From positions 1 through 64,000 of the forward strand of contig CANMWZ010000010.1 of assembly GCA_947501605.1 (NCBI GenBank): a stretch of 64,000 nucleotides of DNA. Direction: 5' to 3'. The first letter of the stretch is position 1. Every line of letters starts with the position of its first letter. Both the position numbers and the translations under genes were made by a program. Shown here piece by piece: positions 38,901-47,775 of this stretch. This stretch comes from Planctomycetota bacterium (GTDB lineage Bacteria; Planctomycetota; UBA1135; UBA2386). The notes under the pieces are model-generated. The model saw nothing but the letters and a program-made list of their open reading frames with translations. It made no database searches and was not told the origin of the DNA.

Positions 38901-39722
38901 GACGAGGTTCGGGCCCGCCACGAGCGGCAGGGTGATGGCGTCTTGCTCGAATGCAAACGGCCGGTCGGCATCGCGGCGTTGCACGGGGGCACCATTGCAG
39001 CGAACTTCGAAACTGCCCGACGAGCCCAGATGCAGGGCGACGGCGGTCGCGCGGTCCGCGACCAGCGCGAACGCGGCGACGCACGCGACCTGTTCCGCGG
39101 GCTTCAGAATGGCGCCGAGCCAGAGTGAGCCCCGCGGGGCCATGCCATCGAGGCGACGCCATGTGACGGGCCGCTGCTTGCCCGGAAACGTCGCATGGAG
39201 AGCGAAGCTCATCTCCGGCGGAAGTTCGCGCGTCAGCGCCGCACCGCGCTCGTTGTCGAACGGACCGCAGATCCAGATGTCGTCGAGGAAGCCGAGTTCG
39301 CGCGTCAGTTCTGCGGCGCGTGGGTCGCCGCGCTGGGTCATCGTCTCCAGAGCGAGAACGCCGATCTGGTCAGCGAAGGAAGGGTCCGTGCGCGCTAGTG
39401 GGGCGCGCCGCAGCAAGAGAACCTCATCGAGGTGAAATCCGCGGCTGCGCGCATCGAGGTACAACGCGGTGGAAGCTGCACCTTCGGCAGCGATGCGGTC
39501 GCTCGTCGTCGGTCGCGCTAATCCGGCGTAGATCGCGGCCGCCGCAGCAAGGGCACTTGCCGCTTCGCGGTTGCGGCCGCGTGACTTGTGCACAAAGCCC
39601 TGCTCGATCGTCGCCAGTGGATCGGCGGTCGAGGCTTGGTCTTGGGCCGGTAGCCACGACGCTGCCCAAAACAGCACAGCCAAGCAGGGACGAGAGAAAA
39701 CAGCAGGGGTCGCGCGGCTCAC
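35973..39722 (-). CDS. Large secreted TPR + DUF3857 + transglutaminase-like protein
   Basis: Signal peptide, WICGPFDN, TPR helices, LPSLRPGDMVD, and catalytic triad GDCKDK / FNHCI / FLDGT. Confidence 0.85.
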   Translation of the reverse strand: MSRATPAVFSRPCLAVLFWAASWLPAQDQASTADPLATIEQGFVHKSRGRNREAASALAAAAAIYAGLARPTTSDRIAAEGAASTALYLDARSRGFHLDEVLLLRRAPLARTDPSFADQIGVLALETMTQRGDPRAAELTRELGFLDDIWICGPFDNERGAALTRELPPEMSFALHATFPGKQRPVTWRRLDGMAPRGSLWLGAILKPAEQVACVAAFALVADRATAVALHLGSSGSFEVRCNGAPVQRRDADRPFAFEQDAITLPLVAGPNLVVVKLCHQENGVFATSLRVSAVEGGPIDSVRASAEPQIMAMAAGQKPAETAPTARAAQGARSLLDTDAAHGHDAFWLAMLWLGRNADPANDRRDHRLAAVAATDLPQWPQARMLLAASRVRTAKTSAELDENERRADYESILAVDQDHVEARTLLGQMLLTGTGLVATAEGLARRSLSIAGDHEPSRLLLAEVLQQQGLVAHSARELDVAAEHEDASVLCLRAALRALADGNRDGREAVVALQQRIADRSGDANDRLALAELHLRLGNRNDALAAADATLRCEPLMRRVFELRAELAESDGDHEAALRHWSEWLHLCPDDDDALVAQSRLYRQLGRTDDQIETLRAAIECNPNRRDDQRYLDYLASETVPFHTAWAIDTKDLRNAGTPAESIDNNDPLVHLLRQRVVQAHKNGTTSEYYHVCVRILSDAGARQMSGYRLPYYAGEQRARLLACTIYKADGTVEEPRLRGASVALPSLRPGDMVDVQGRVDDMGPSFFGEYFGLAHFLAADDGNAVVRSELVVIGELGRDYLFQASGGAPQPHISTLADGSTAWKFALDAVARDKPEPGRPDARERAPLVRFTTFRSWDHFASWWWNLIQGQLETTPPMRAKVQELVNGCTTQEQRIAAIYQFVSTEVRYEAWEFGVHGYKPYATSVIYERRHGDCKDKALLLCALLSEIGVKASPVVIFADDMRSEDNLELAMVHHFNHCIAWMPEQDGRPAMFLDGTATLHPAGTLPEMDQGAKVVVVEQGKARIETVPWTTPEQNNDRVRWDLELRDTTLRATQVETPLGNAAVRARTQLSVEPARRKEHLERQLVSRFGPVTLGDVDCSDVLALAEPVRLRVDFAVKELGQRSAIEWQLPSTFADEPLAQMTAETERTTPLLLGVPRADERTVCYRLPEGYRPTSLPEPVEQKGPFGSFTMTWRLQGDQIVVDRKLALAKPRVEAADYPAFRDFVAGLRSADSQRIVLKKEAR

Positions 39723-39733
39723 AGCCGATCGGT

Positions 39734-40711
39734 TTATCGCCCGGCGCTGCGTTCGACCATGCCCTTGCTCTTCCCGTTGGCTGATGGCGGCAGTTCGCCT
39801 GCACGGATCACGCCGTCACTGTTGCGGTCAAGTCCTAGGAGCACCTGAGGTGCCCAACGCGCCATCTGCGGGTCGATGCGGCGAAGCGCGTGTTCCAGTT
39901 CGTGAACGCTGATTGCTTGGTTGCCGTCGAGATCGAGTGCGGCGAACGGGCTTTGCGCGACTGCGGTGGTCGGTGACTCGGCGGTGGCCTGCGGCAGCAT
40001 TCCTGGCGCGAACTGTTGCAGCGGCGGGCCGAGTTCGAGTTCGGTGAACTTGCCGTCGTGGTCGCGGTCGAACATCTGCAGCAGGCCGAAGGCAGTCGGC
40101 GGTGCGCCCAGGCTGCGCAACAGGGCTTCGGTTTCGCCCTTGTTCAGCGACCGATCGCGATCGGTGTCGAACAGCTCGAACGTCGAGCGGAGCGGTGAGA
40201 GCGCCTCGCGCGTCGCGACTGCTTGGGTCTCGGCCAATGGCCGCGCGAGCTGCAACTGCAAGATGCCACCGTTGCGGACGAGGTCGCGGTAGTAGCGGTC
40301 GAACTCTGGCCAATCGAGGAAGCCATCGCGGTCGTGGTCGAGTCGTCGGTACCAACCGCCCTGGTTCTGGTCGCCGATCCGGCGCAGCGCTGCCCTTGTT
40401 TCGAACAGATCGAGGCGGTCGTCAGCATCGACATCACAGGCCGTGAACAGGTTGCGGCTCTTCCCGTCGTCGTGGTCCTGGATCTGGACGCGCCTTGGAT
40501 CGTCCTTCTTGGCCTGCCTCGCGGCGCCTTGGTCCGGCGCCGACTTGCCGCCGGCTTGCTTGCTGGCGATGGGCTTGTTGTCGGTGCGGTCTGTACTGCC
40601 GGCGCGACTCGGGGCCTGTCCCGGCAGCTGCGGTAGTGGGAGTTGGGCGCGTACGAACGGGCCCGCAGCCACCACGGCAGACATCGCAGCGATCAGCAGT
40701 TCACGCATCAT
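39734..40711 (-). CDS. Secreted multi-EF-hand calcium-binding protein
   Basis: Signal peptide plus six EF-loop-like 12-mers: DVDADDRLDLFE, DHDRDGFLDWPE, DTDRDRSLNKGE, DRDHDGKFTELE, DLDGNQAISVHE, DRNSDGVIRAGE. Confidence 0.85.
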   Translation of the reverse strand: MMRELLIAAMSAVVAAGPFVRAQLPLPQLPGQAPSRAGSTDRTDNKPIASKQAGGKSAPDQGAARQAKKDDPRRVQIQDHDDGKSRNLFTACDVDADDRLDLFETRAALRRIGDQNQGGWYRRLDHDRDGFLDWPEFDRYYRDLVRNGGILQLQLARPLAETQAVATREALSPLRSTFELFDTDRDRSLNKGETEALLRSLGAPPTAFGLLQMFDRDHDGKFTELELGPPLQQFAPGMLPQATAESPTTAVAQSPFAALDLDGNQAISVHELEHALRRIDPQMARWAPQVLLGLDRNSDGVIRAGELPPSANGKSKGMVERSAGR

Positions 40712-40784
40712 CCCGTGTTTCGGCCTCGATCGACCCGCAGCATAACTCACAGGCCAGCAGAAGTGCCGCTGGCTGCTCGCGGGC

Positions 40785-42230
40785 TCACGGCACGAACATG
40801 CAGTTCTTGCCCAGCATTCGTACCGACGCGCCCGAACTGGTAGCGGAACTTGCGATCGCACCGAAGCCAGCTAGCGCGACCGCACGGCTCCCGGTCTGTG
40901 CCGACGACAGGTCTGCATCCGTTGGCGCGCCGGCGAGGACCAGCACTTCCACCGACCAGTCCGTGGAACGAGCGAGGTCGAGGAGGGCGGTGCGGCCGTC
41001 CTCCGCGCGCTCGTAGCTGTGCAGTTCGAAGCCGGTGCTGCGCAGCGCGCTGCGGCAACTCTCGGATGCCTCCGTGGGAACGAGGCAAATGGCATGCAGG
41101 ACTTCGTCGCCCGCGGCCAGCTCGCCGCGGAGTTTGCGGAAGGCGAGTTCGCCTCCCTGACTTCGTACTTGCGCCATGAGCACGCCGAGGTCCACGAGCA
41201 AACCGATGCGCTTTTGCGGAGCGGGCGGCGGCATCGTGGGAGCTGGACGGCCACCGCGGTGCACGGGGAGTGCCGGGCGCGGTTGTTGGCCGTAGTCCTC
41301 GTCCTCGTCGCGGAAAGGGCGGGCATCGCGACCATCTCGGCGCGGGCCGCGGTCGTGATGCGGTCCGTGGGTGCGACCGCGATCGCGGCCATGCTCGCGT
41401 GGCTGCTCGCGCCCTGGTGGCGTTTGCGCATCGCGCGGAGCTTGGCTTCTCGGTGCTGCGGACTCGCTGGCAGGAGCACTGGTCGATGGGCCGCGTGTCG
41501 GCCGGATCGCGTCGAGAGTGTCTGTTGGATCTGCTGGAGCTGCGCTCGTGTCGTGCGCGCTGTGGGGTGCGCGTTCGTCCTCTTGGCGGCTCGCGCCGCG
41601 GCGGCCGCGCCGGCCGTGGCGGTTTGCACCGCGGTCCTCGCTGCGGGTGGGCTCGGAATCGAGCGGGTGATCGTCCCTGCTGGCCTCGTCGTCGCGGCTT
41701 GTGGTGCGGTCGTCGGTGGCTGGCGTTGGCGTTGGATCCGAGTTCCAGCTCGGTGTCTTCGGCCAAGTCGGTGCCGCGGGCCTGCTGGTCGCCGTCGAGT
41801 CGGTCGGTCCAGCTTTTGGTTCTGGTGTCGGCTCGCGCTCCGGGGCTCGCGTCGCGGCCTCGTTGCGCCGCGTGCGCCGCGGGGCTTGCTGGGGCTTCTG
41901 GTCCGTGGACTCAGGTTCGGTCGGGGCCAACGGCGTGACTGGTGGTTCGGCCGCGGCCGCGTTGGCTTTCGCCGAAGCTGTCTTCGACGGGAACACGACA
42001 TCCTCGGCATCGGCGTGGATGCGACGGGGTCGGCGGGTGGGAGCTCGGGTCGCCGGTCCAGGTGCGGCGGCGCTCGCCGGGGGCGCAGAGGGCTCAGGCG
42101 GTGAGGCCGGTTTGACCTCGGTCAAGGGTGTGGCTGCGGTCGCGTCGGCGGGTTTGCGCGTGCGGCGGCGCGGCGGCTTGCGCGGCGGCTCGTCGTCGAA
42201 GATGTCGGCCCCGAATTGGCTCATGAACAA
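40785..42230 (-). CDS. Long disordered N-terminus + degenerate NYN/LabA-DUF88-like domain
   Basis: About 340 aa of P/R/D/T-rich low complexity, then RIGLLVD...FRKLRGEL...ALRSTGFE...EVLVLAG...VALAGF following the NYN fold pattern. Confidence 0.55.
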   Translation of the reverse strand: MFMSQFGADIFDDEPPRKPPRRRTRKPADATAATPLTEVKPASPPEPSAPPASAAAPGPATRAPTRRPRRIHADAEDVVFPSKTASAKANAAAAEPPVTPLAPTEPESTDQKPQQAPRRTRRNEAATRAPEREPTPEPKAGPTDSTATSRPAAPTWPKTPSWNSDPTPTPATDDRTTSRDDEASRDDHPLDSEPTRSEDRGANRHGRRGRRGASRQEDERAPHSAHDTSAAPADPTDTLDAIRPTRGPSTSAPASESAAPRSQAPRDAQTPPGREQPREHGRDRGRTHGPHHDRGPRRDGRDARPFRDEDEDYGQQPRPALPVHRGGRPAPTMPPPAPQKRIGLLVDLGVLMAQVRSQGGELAFRKLRGELAAGDEVLHAICLVPTEASESCRSALRSTGFELHSYERAEDGRTALLDLARSTDWSVEVLVLAGAPTDADLSSAQTGSRAVALAGFGAIASSATSSGASVRMLGKNCMFVP

Positions 42231-42390
42231 CGGATCCTAGCTGCCGGTCTGCATCGGGTCCGTAGCGAAGTCATGCAAAAGACAGCTAGGCTACGTCGCA
42301 GTTTTCTGACTGCAGGCTTGTCGCCGATGGGTCGGGCGGGTTGCATCTCGCCTCCCTCCGCAGCCCTCCGACCCCATTCGAGGATCCCCC

Positions 42391-42828
42391 TTGAACGCTC
42401 GCAAAGCTCTCCTCGCAGTCACCTTGACGCTGACCGCCACGCTGACTTCCTGCGGTTCCCTGCGTCGCGCCGGCAAGGATGCCTTCGTCGGCATCACTTC
42501 GCCCTTCCTGATCGTTTACGGCGGCGCCACTGACGGCTTCGACTCGGCGCGCTCGGTTCGTACCGGCCTCGATAGCGGCTCGGCGATGGAAGTGCTCGCC
42601 TTCCCGTTCACGTTCTTCTACCACGCGATCGAGCACTCGATTTACTGCGGTATCCACGTGCTGGATCTGCCGTTCACGCCGCTCTACGCGCTGACAGAAC
42701 TGCCGCCGGCAAGCACTCCGGTCCAGCCGCTCGACTTCTACCAAGGCACTTGGTTCGACGTCGAACCGTCGGGAAGCGGGACGGATGCCACGAGCGGCGA
42801 GTCGCTGCCTCCTGGCTATAATCGATAG
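42391..42828 (+). CDS. Putative lipoprotein of unknown function
   Basis: TTG start after GAGG, basic-hydrophobic leader ending in lipobox LTSC, repeated ..PFT.. hydrophobic segments. Confidence 0.7.
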   Translation: MNARKALLAVTLTLTATLTSCGSLRRAGKDAFVGITSPFLIVYGGATDGFDSARSVRTGLDSGSAMEVLAFPFTFFYHAIEHSIYCGIHVLDLPFTPLYALTELPPASTPVQPLDFYQGTWFDVEPSGSGTDATSGESLPPGYNR

Positions 42829-42997
42829 TCAGACGGCGATACTCAGACGGCGATGACGGAGTTGGCGCGGATCGGAATCGGCGCTGCTCCTCACCGCGCC
42901 AACCGCGGACCGCGCTGACGCGCGCTTGGTTCTCGAACTGGCCCGCGGCGGCGACGGCGGCAGACCTTCGGGTTGGGCGCCGTGCTGTTGGATTGGC

Positions 42998-43033
42998 GCC
43001 GCGACAGGTTGCCGCGACAGGTTGCCGCGACAG
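42998..43033. repeat. 13-bp tandem direct repeat (~2.8 copies) in convergent intergenic region
   Basis: GCCGCGACAGGTT GCCGCGACAGGTT GCCGCGACAG. Confidence 0.8.
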
Positions 43034-43120
43034 CAGTCATGTCGCGTAGCAGTCCTGGTCGGTGCGGCGCGGCACTCGTCTCTGACCGTGCGCACCGCGG
43101 TTCGGTCGCGAGATCGAGAC

Positions 43121-43984
43121 TCAGCGGCGCTGCGCTGTAGTGGAGCGCAGTCGCTCGGCATAGATCGGCATGCGGTCGAGTAGCGCGAAGGCTCGCTCAG
43201 GAGTTGTCACGGCCGCGGTTTCGAGCGCCTGCTGCAACTGCCGCAACGTCTCTCGTTCGCCGCTGCTCAATTGGCGCTCGCGCTGCCAGCCCGCGAGATT
43301 TTCGCGCACTCGTTGCCATGCCGCCTTAGGGTCGCCAACCCAGGGTTGCGGCCGCCAGTTGGGGAAAGCGCGGCTGCGCAACGCGGCGGCGTCCTCGCTG
43401 CGGTCGGAGAGCTCGGCGCGGACGATCTCGTTGGCGCGGATGCGCTCGAGCACGCGCGACGCTTCGCTGGTCATTTGCGTCGCTCGGCCGCGAGCGCCTC
43501 GAAACAGCTCGGCCATCGCCGGGTCGGTCTGCTCGGCGGCAGCTTGCGCGGTCGCTTGGACCAGCGGTCGCAGTTGGGGGACTTCGGAACTGGCGAGAAA
43601 CAGCTTCGCTGCTTGGAACTCACCTTGTCCGGCCGTGAGTTCTCGCTGCAGGGCCACTGCCAACGCCTCCTTGTCCTCGACCGCGGTCACCTGTTGGCCC
43701 AGAAGATCTTGCAGCGACTTGCCCTCGACCTCTGGACCGGCCTCCTCGATGCCGAGTCGGTGCAGTTCGGCGAGGCGCGCAGTCGCAACCAGGCGTTCGG
43801 TGACGAGGTTCTGACCGTCGCGCGCGATCTCGCGGTAGATCTTGGCCGCCCCGTGCACATCGAGGTCGAGGATCTCACGCAGCCACGCTGCGTGTAGTTG
43901 AGGGCCGGGCGTCTGGGCCACGCCGACTGCCGCGATCGACGACGCGGCGGCAATGACGAGGATCCAGTTCGAGCGGCAGCTCAC
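43121..43984 (-). CDS. Hypothetical exported helical protein co-transcribed with the two-component system
   Basis: GTG start overlapping the response regulator stop (GTGA). Signal-like WILVIAAASSIAAVGVA-Q. Confidence 0.65.
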   Translation of the reverse strand: MSCRSNWILVIAAASSIAAVGVAQTPGPQLHAAWLREILDLDVHGAAKIYREIARDGQNLVTERLVATARLAELHRLGIEEAGPEVEGKSLQDLLGQQVTAVEDKEALAVALQRELTAGQGEFQAAKLFLASSEVPQLRPLVQATAQAAAEQTDPAMAELFRGARGRATQMTSEASRVLERIRANEIVRAELSDRSEDAAALRSRAFPNWRPQPWVGDPKAAWQRVRENLAGWQRERQLSSGERETLRQLQQALETAAVTTPERAFALLDRMPIYAERLRSTTAQRR

Positions 43985-44709
43985 GGCTTCCCTTCTGCCA
44001 GCGGCTTCGATTCGAAGCAGTAGCCGAGACCGTGCACCGTGACGACATGCACGGGTGCGTCCACGTCGCGCTCCACCTTCTTGCGCAAGCGAGCGATGTG
44101 GTTGTCGACGGTGCGGGTGGTTGGCAGATGCACGTAGCCCCAAACTTTGCGGAGGAGGTCCTGACGGCTCACGACCTCGCCGCGGCGGTCCACGAGCATC
44201 CGCAGGATCTCGGCCTCGTAGCGCGAGAGTTGGATCTCCTGACCGTCGCGGGTGACGGTGAACCGCTTGAAGTCGATGACGAGATCCTGGAACTGCAGCA
44301 CCGGCGCCGCCTCCTCCACCTGGATCGTCGGTCGGCGGACCTGCGTACGACGAAGAACGGCGCGGATTCTCGCGGTCAGCTCGGACAACGTGAAGGGCTT
44401 CGTCAAGTAGTCGTCGGCGCCGAGTTCGAGCCCCTGCACTTTGTCGCGGTCCTGGCCCTTTGCCGACAGAATGATCACTGGTGTCCCATGGCCCGCGGCG
44501 CGGAGTTGGCGCAAGACCTCGATGCCAGGCAGGACAGGCAACATCAGATCGAGAAGGATCAGCGCGGGGTTCTCTTGCAGCGCCTTGCGCAGGCCTTGCT
44601 TGCCGTCCGCAGCCGTGTCGATCGAGTAGCCCTCGAGTTCGAGATTGTGCTGTAGTCCGGCGCGGAGATCCGGTTCGTCTTCGATCAAGAGAATGCGTGT
44701 GTCGTTCAT
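43981..44709 (-). CDS. OmpR/PhoB-family response regulator
   Basis: ILLIEDE, LLDLMLP, LSAK, GADDYLTKPF, winged-helix RTVDNHIARLRKK...TVHGLGY. Confidence 0.95.
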   Translation of the reverse strand: MNDTRILLIEDEPDLRAGLQHNLELEGYSIDTAADGKQGLRKALQENPALILLDLMLPVLPGIEVLRQLRAAGHGTPVIILSAKGQDRDKVQGLELGADDYLTKPFTLSELTARIRAVLRRTQVRRPTIQVEEAAPVLQFQDLVIDFKRFTVTRDGQEIQLSRYEAEILRMLVDRRGEVVSRQDLLRKVWGYVHLPTTRTVDNHIARLRKKVERDVDAPVHVVTVHGLGYCFESKPLAEGKP

Positions 44710-46838
44710 GTCGAAGGAGACAGAAGGGGGAGTGTCAGTCGAAAGATGCAGCCGTGCCCGTCGCGCGGGAGCACGACGGCGGTACCGCCATGCGCGGTCG
44801 CAAAGTGCCGGACGAGGCTGAGGCCGAGGCCGGCGCCACGGACTTCGCCGGCGTTGCTGGCTCGATAGAAGCTGTCGAACACGGCCTCTCGCTCGTTCGA
44901 CGGAATGCCGCGACCGCGGTCCTGGACGTCGATCTCGGCGTTGTTGTCGCGGCGGCGCAGCTCGATGCGGATCTCGGCGCCGGGTTCGTCCTCGCGCGCG
45001 TACTTGACCGCGTTCTCGAGGAGGTTCAACACGACGCTTCCCAGCGCCGCTCGATCCACCGAGGCGAGGATGCCGGCCGGCAGGTCGGTGGTCAACGACG
45101 CCCCTTTGCTCTGAAGGTGCGGTTGGTAGGTGTCGGTGACCTCGTGGATCACATCCGAGAGATCGGACTCGCGGCGCTCGTACACCATAGTTCCGGCCTC
45201 CTGGCGCGAGAAGTCCAGGATGCGCTGGATCATCGTCGTGAGGCGTCCGGCCTCGCGTACGATCACGGTGCCGAAGTGTGCCGCTTGATCGCTATCGCGC
45301 GCGCGTTTCAGCGCCAGCGTCTCGCCGTACAGGCTGATCAGCGACAGCGGGGTCTTGAGTTCGTGGCTCACCCGAGAGACGAGGTCCACTTTGAGCGATA
45401 GCAGTTCGGATTCGCGCGAGACCGAACGCCACAACCAGATGGCGCCGATCAGCGCGAGCAAGAACGAACCTCCGAGCAGCAGTGCTGCGCTCCGCTTCGC
45501 TTCGCCGATGTTCTGCAGATAGCGATCGACATCGGCCGGAAACGCTCGTAGCACCATGCCGTGCGTCGCGAGCGCCGGCGGCACATAGTCGTTTGGGGCG
45601 TGAGGGGCGCCGATCACCGGCTGGTCGTCGCTGTCGGCGATGGCCAACACGAACGAACCATCTCCGTGCACGAAGGGTTCGATCGCGCTGGCGAGCATCT
45701 GTCCAAGGTCGAGGCGCAGTCCGATCCACGCGGCTCGCTCCTGCTGGCTCTCGGTGGCGCGCCGCAGTAGCAGCAGGGAACTCGGATTGCCGGCCGTGAT
45801 GACCGGTCGCAAGCTCAGGGTGTCGTTGCTGGCCGCAAGGTCGGGCGAGAGGCGAAGTCGACGGCGAACGGTTTCGCGCAGCAGTCGGTCGTAGTCCGTC
45901 GCGAAGGCGCGCGCGTGCAGGTGGATACCGGCCTCAGTCCAGAGATCGGTTGCTGCCGTCCGATGCGTCTCCGGAGCACCGGCAAGCAGCCGGTCGGCAA
46001 CTGCGTTCAACAGCGCGTCGCCGAGATGATCGCGGTCGCCACGCGCAATCGCGGCCAGCAACTCGAGTCCTGTCTCGGGGACCCGGGCCAGTTCGGCCAG
46101 CGCCACTTCGGCGAGCAGTCCAAGCGTCAGCCAGTCGCTATCGAACACCGGGTCGAACGACCGGCTGTTGCGAGGGTTGGCGCTCAGGGCCGTGGCCTGA
46201 TCGGCGACCAACCGAAACGACGCCTCGGCCTCTGCGGCCTTGCCAAGTCGCCGCTGCACCGTGGCAAGCCGGAATTGCAGCGGCAGCTGCAGCACGGTTT
46301 GCTCGCCGCGTCGCCGCCCCATGCGCTCGCGTTCTGGCTCGGCATCGGCGAGTGCCGCGATGAGGTGTCGTTCGGCGTCCTCGAACTTTCCGTGGGTCAG
46401 CAGCAGATCCACGAGGTGGAGCGTGTCGGCGCTGGCGTCACCGGCCCCGCGCGTGCGCGCATCACGGTGGAACGGCAGCGCCAACCTGGAACTGCCGGAC
46501 TCGGGGTAGCGAAGGCGACAGTCGGGACCGATCAGCACGAGGTCGAGCACGGCACCGAAACCGCGCGCGCGCAGTTCGCGAACCGTGGCGGCTGGGGTGC
46601 GCTCGGCGAGCAGCGTCTCGCATTCCTGCTCCACCGCAGGAACGACGGCTTCAAATCGCTGCTCGAGGGCCTGCGCTGCGGTTCGGAGAAACTGCAGGCC
46701 TTCGCGATCCGCGGCGCTGCGGACCTGATCGGCCTGGCGGCCGAGCTCCCGCTGGCCAAGCCAGGCCAATGCCCCCAATGGCACAAGAAATGTGCACATC
46801 GCTAGGAGATGGCGACGGACAGAACGCGGGCGGGACAT
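44706..46838 (-). CDS. Membrane sensor histidine kinase
   Basis: Two TMs flanking a large periplasmic domain. H-box VSHELKTPL, N-box NLLENAVKY, G boxes DRGRGI and GAGLGL. Confidence 0.93.
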   Translation of the reverse strand: MSRPRSVRRHLLAMCTFLVPLGALAWLGQRELGRQADQVRSAADREGLQFLRTAAQALEQRFEAVVPAVEQECETLLAERTPAATVRELRARGFGAVLDLVLIGPDCRLRYPESGSSRLALPFHRDARTRGAGDASADTLHLVDLLLTHGKFEDAERHLIAALADAEPERERMGRRRGEQTVLQLPLQFRLATVQRRLGKAAEAEASFRLVADQATALSANPRNSRSFDPVFDSDWLTLGLLAEVALAELARVPETGLELLAAIARGDRDHLGDALLNAVADRLLAGAPETHRTAATDLWTEAGIHLHARAFATDYDRLLRETVRRRLRLSPDLAASNDTLSLRPVITAGNPSSLLLLRRATESQQERAAWIGLRLDLGQMLASAIEPFVHGDGSFVLAIADSDDQPVIGAPHAPNDYVPPALATHGMVLRAFPADVDRYLQNIGEAKRSAALLLGGSFLLALIGAIWLWRSVSRESELLSLKVDLVSRVSHELKTPLSLISLYGETLALKRARDSDQAAHFGTVIVREAGRLTTMIQRILDFSRQEAGTMVYERRESDLSDVIHEVTDTYQPHLQSKGASLTTDLPAGILASVDRAALGSVVLNLLENAVKYAREDEPGAEIRIELRRRDNNAEIDVQDRGRGIPSNEREAVFDSFYRASNAGEVRGAGLGLSLVRHFATAHGGTAVVLPRDGHGCIFRLTLPLLSPST

Positions 46839-46983
46839 CAGGGAGACGAGGGCGACGGTCGGTTCGAGTGCGGCAGATTATCCAAGGTACGCAGGTCGTG
46901 CCGACCAGCCCATGCACGATTGGAGGTTGTGACCATAATGTGGCGACGGATTTCCTCGGCCCATCGTGGTAAGCACTATCGCG

Positions 46984-47775
46984 ATGACGGTGCCTGCGGC
47001 ACGAAACGATCCGAAGCTGTCGCGCTTTCCGCTGCGTCGCCTGCGGCTGTCGATGGCAGACGGAACGGTATCTGTGGTGTTGCCGCGCGGCGCCACGTGG
47101 ATGCGGCGCGAAGCCATGGCGGCACCGCTGGACGAGCCACCGTACTGGGCGGACGTCTGGCCGGCCGCGGTCGCAATCGCGCGCTGGCTGTCGCGGCGGC
47201 GCAATCTCCTCGGGCTGCGTGTGCTCGACCTTGGCTGCGGCCTCGGAGTCCCTGGGATTGCCGCGGCGCGCTGTGGCGCCGAAGTGACGTTTGCGGATCG
47301 TCAACCCGACGCCCTGGCCTTCGCCGAGTGGAACGCCAAGCATCAGTCGCCGCCGCGCCAGAAGCTCCTCATGGAACCGCGTGGCGTCAACGCGCCCATG
47401 GTGCGCTGCGTCGTGCACGATTGGCACGCTGCTACCCTGCCGGGCACCTTCGATCTGATCTGCCTCGCGGATGTCAGCTATCGTCCTGTGCATCACGCGC
47501 CCTTGTTGCGGCACCTGCGACAGTGTCTGGCCGACGGCGGCATGTGTGTGCACGCCGATCCGGAGCGTCGTGAGTCGGATGGCTTCTTGGTGCAGTTGCG
47601 CCGCGAATTCGCTACTCGCGAAGAACTCGTCGAGACGCATTTCGAGGAGACGCGCCGGCAGGTGCGGATGACGTTCGTCGCGCGTAACCCCAAAGTACTC
47701 GAGCAGTGGCACGAAGTGCGTCGACCGCACGCCACCGCCCCGACCGCGACCGACGAGGCCACGAGATCCCAATGA
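46984..47775 (+). CDS. SAM-dependent methyltransferase (Methyltransf_16/protein-lysine MTase-like)
   Basis: PYWADVWPAA, VLDLGCGLG, FDLICLADVSY. Confidence 0.8.
   Translation: MTVPAARNDPKLSRFPLRRLRLSMADGTVSVVLPRGATWMRREAMAAPLDEPPYWADVWPAAVAIARWLSRRRNLLGLRVLDLGCGLGVPGIAAARCGAEVTFADRQPDALAFAEWNAKHQSPPRQKLLMEPRGVNAPMVRCVVHDWHAATLPGTFDLICLADVSYRPVHHAPLLRHLRQCLADGGMCVHADPERRESDGFLVQLRREFATREELVETHFEETRRQVRMTFVARNPKVLEQWHEVRRPHATAPTATDEATRSQ

Noticed and set aside
42998..43033. CRISPR-like repeat
   Set aside because: Units are 13 bp, directly abutting with no spacers, and no cas genes are present.
42829..43161. 110-aa minus-strand ORF in the convergent gap
   Set aside because: Low-complexity R/S/A composition, overlaps the upstream gene end, and no RBS or motif.
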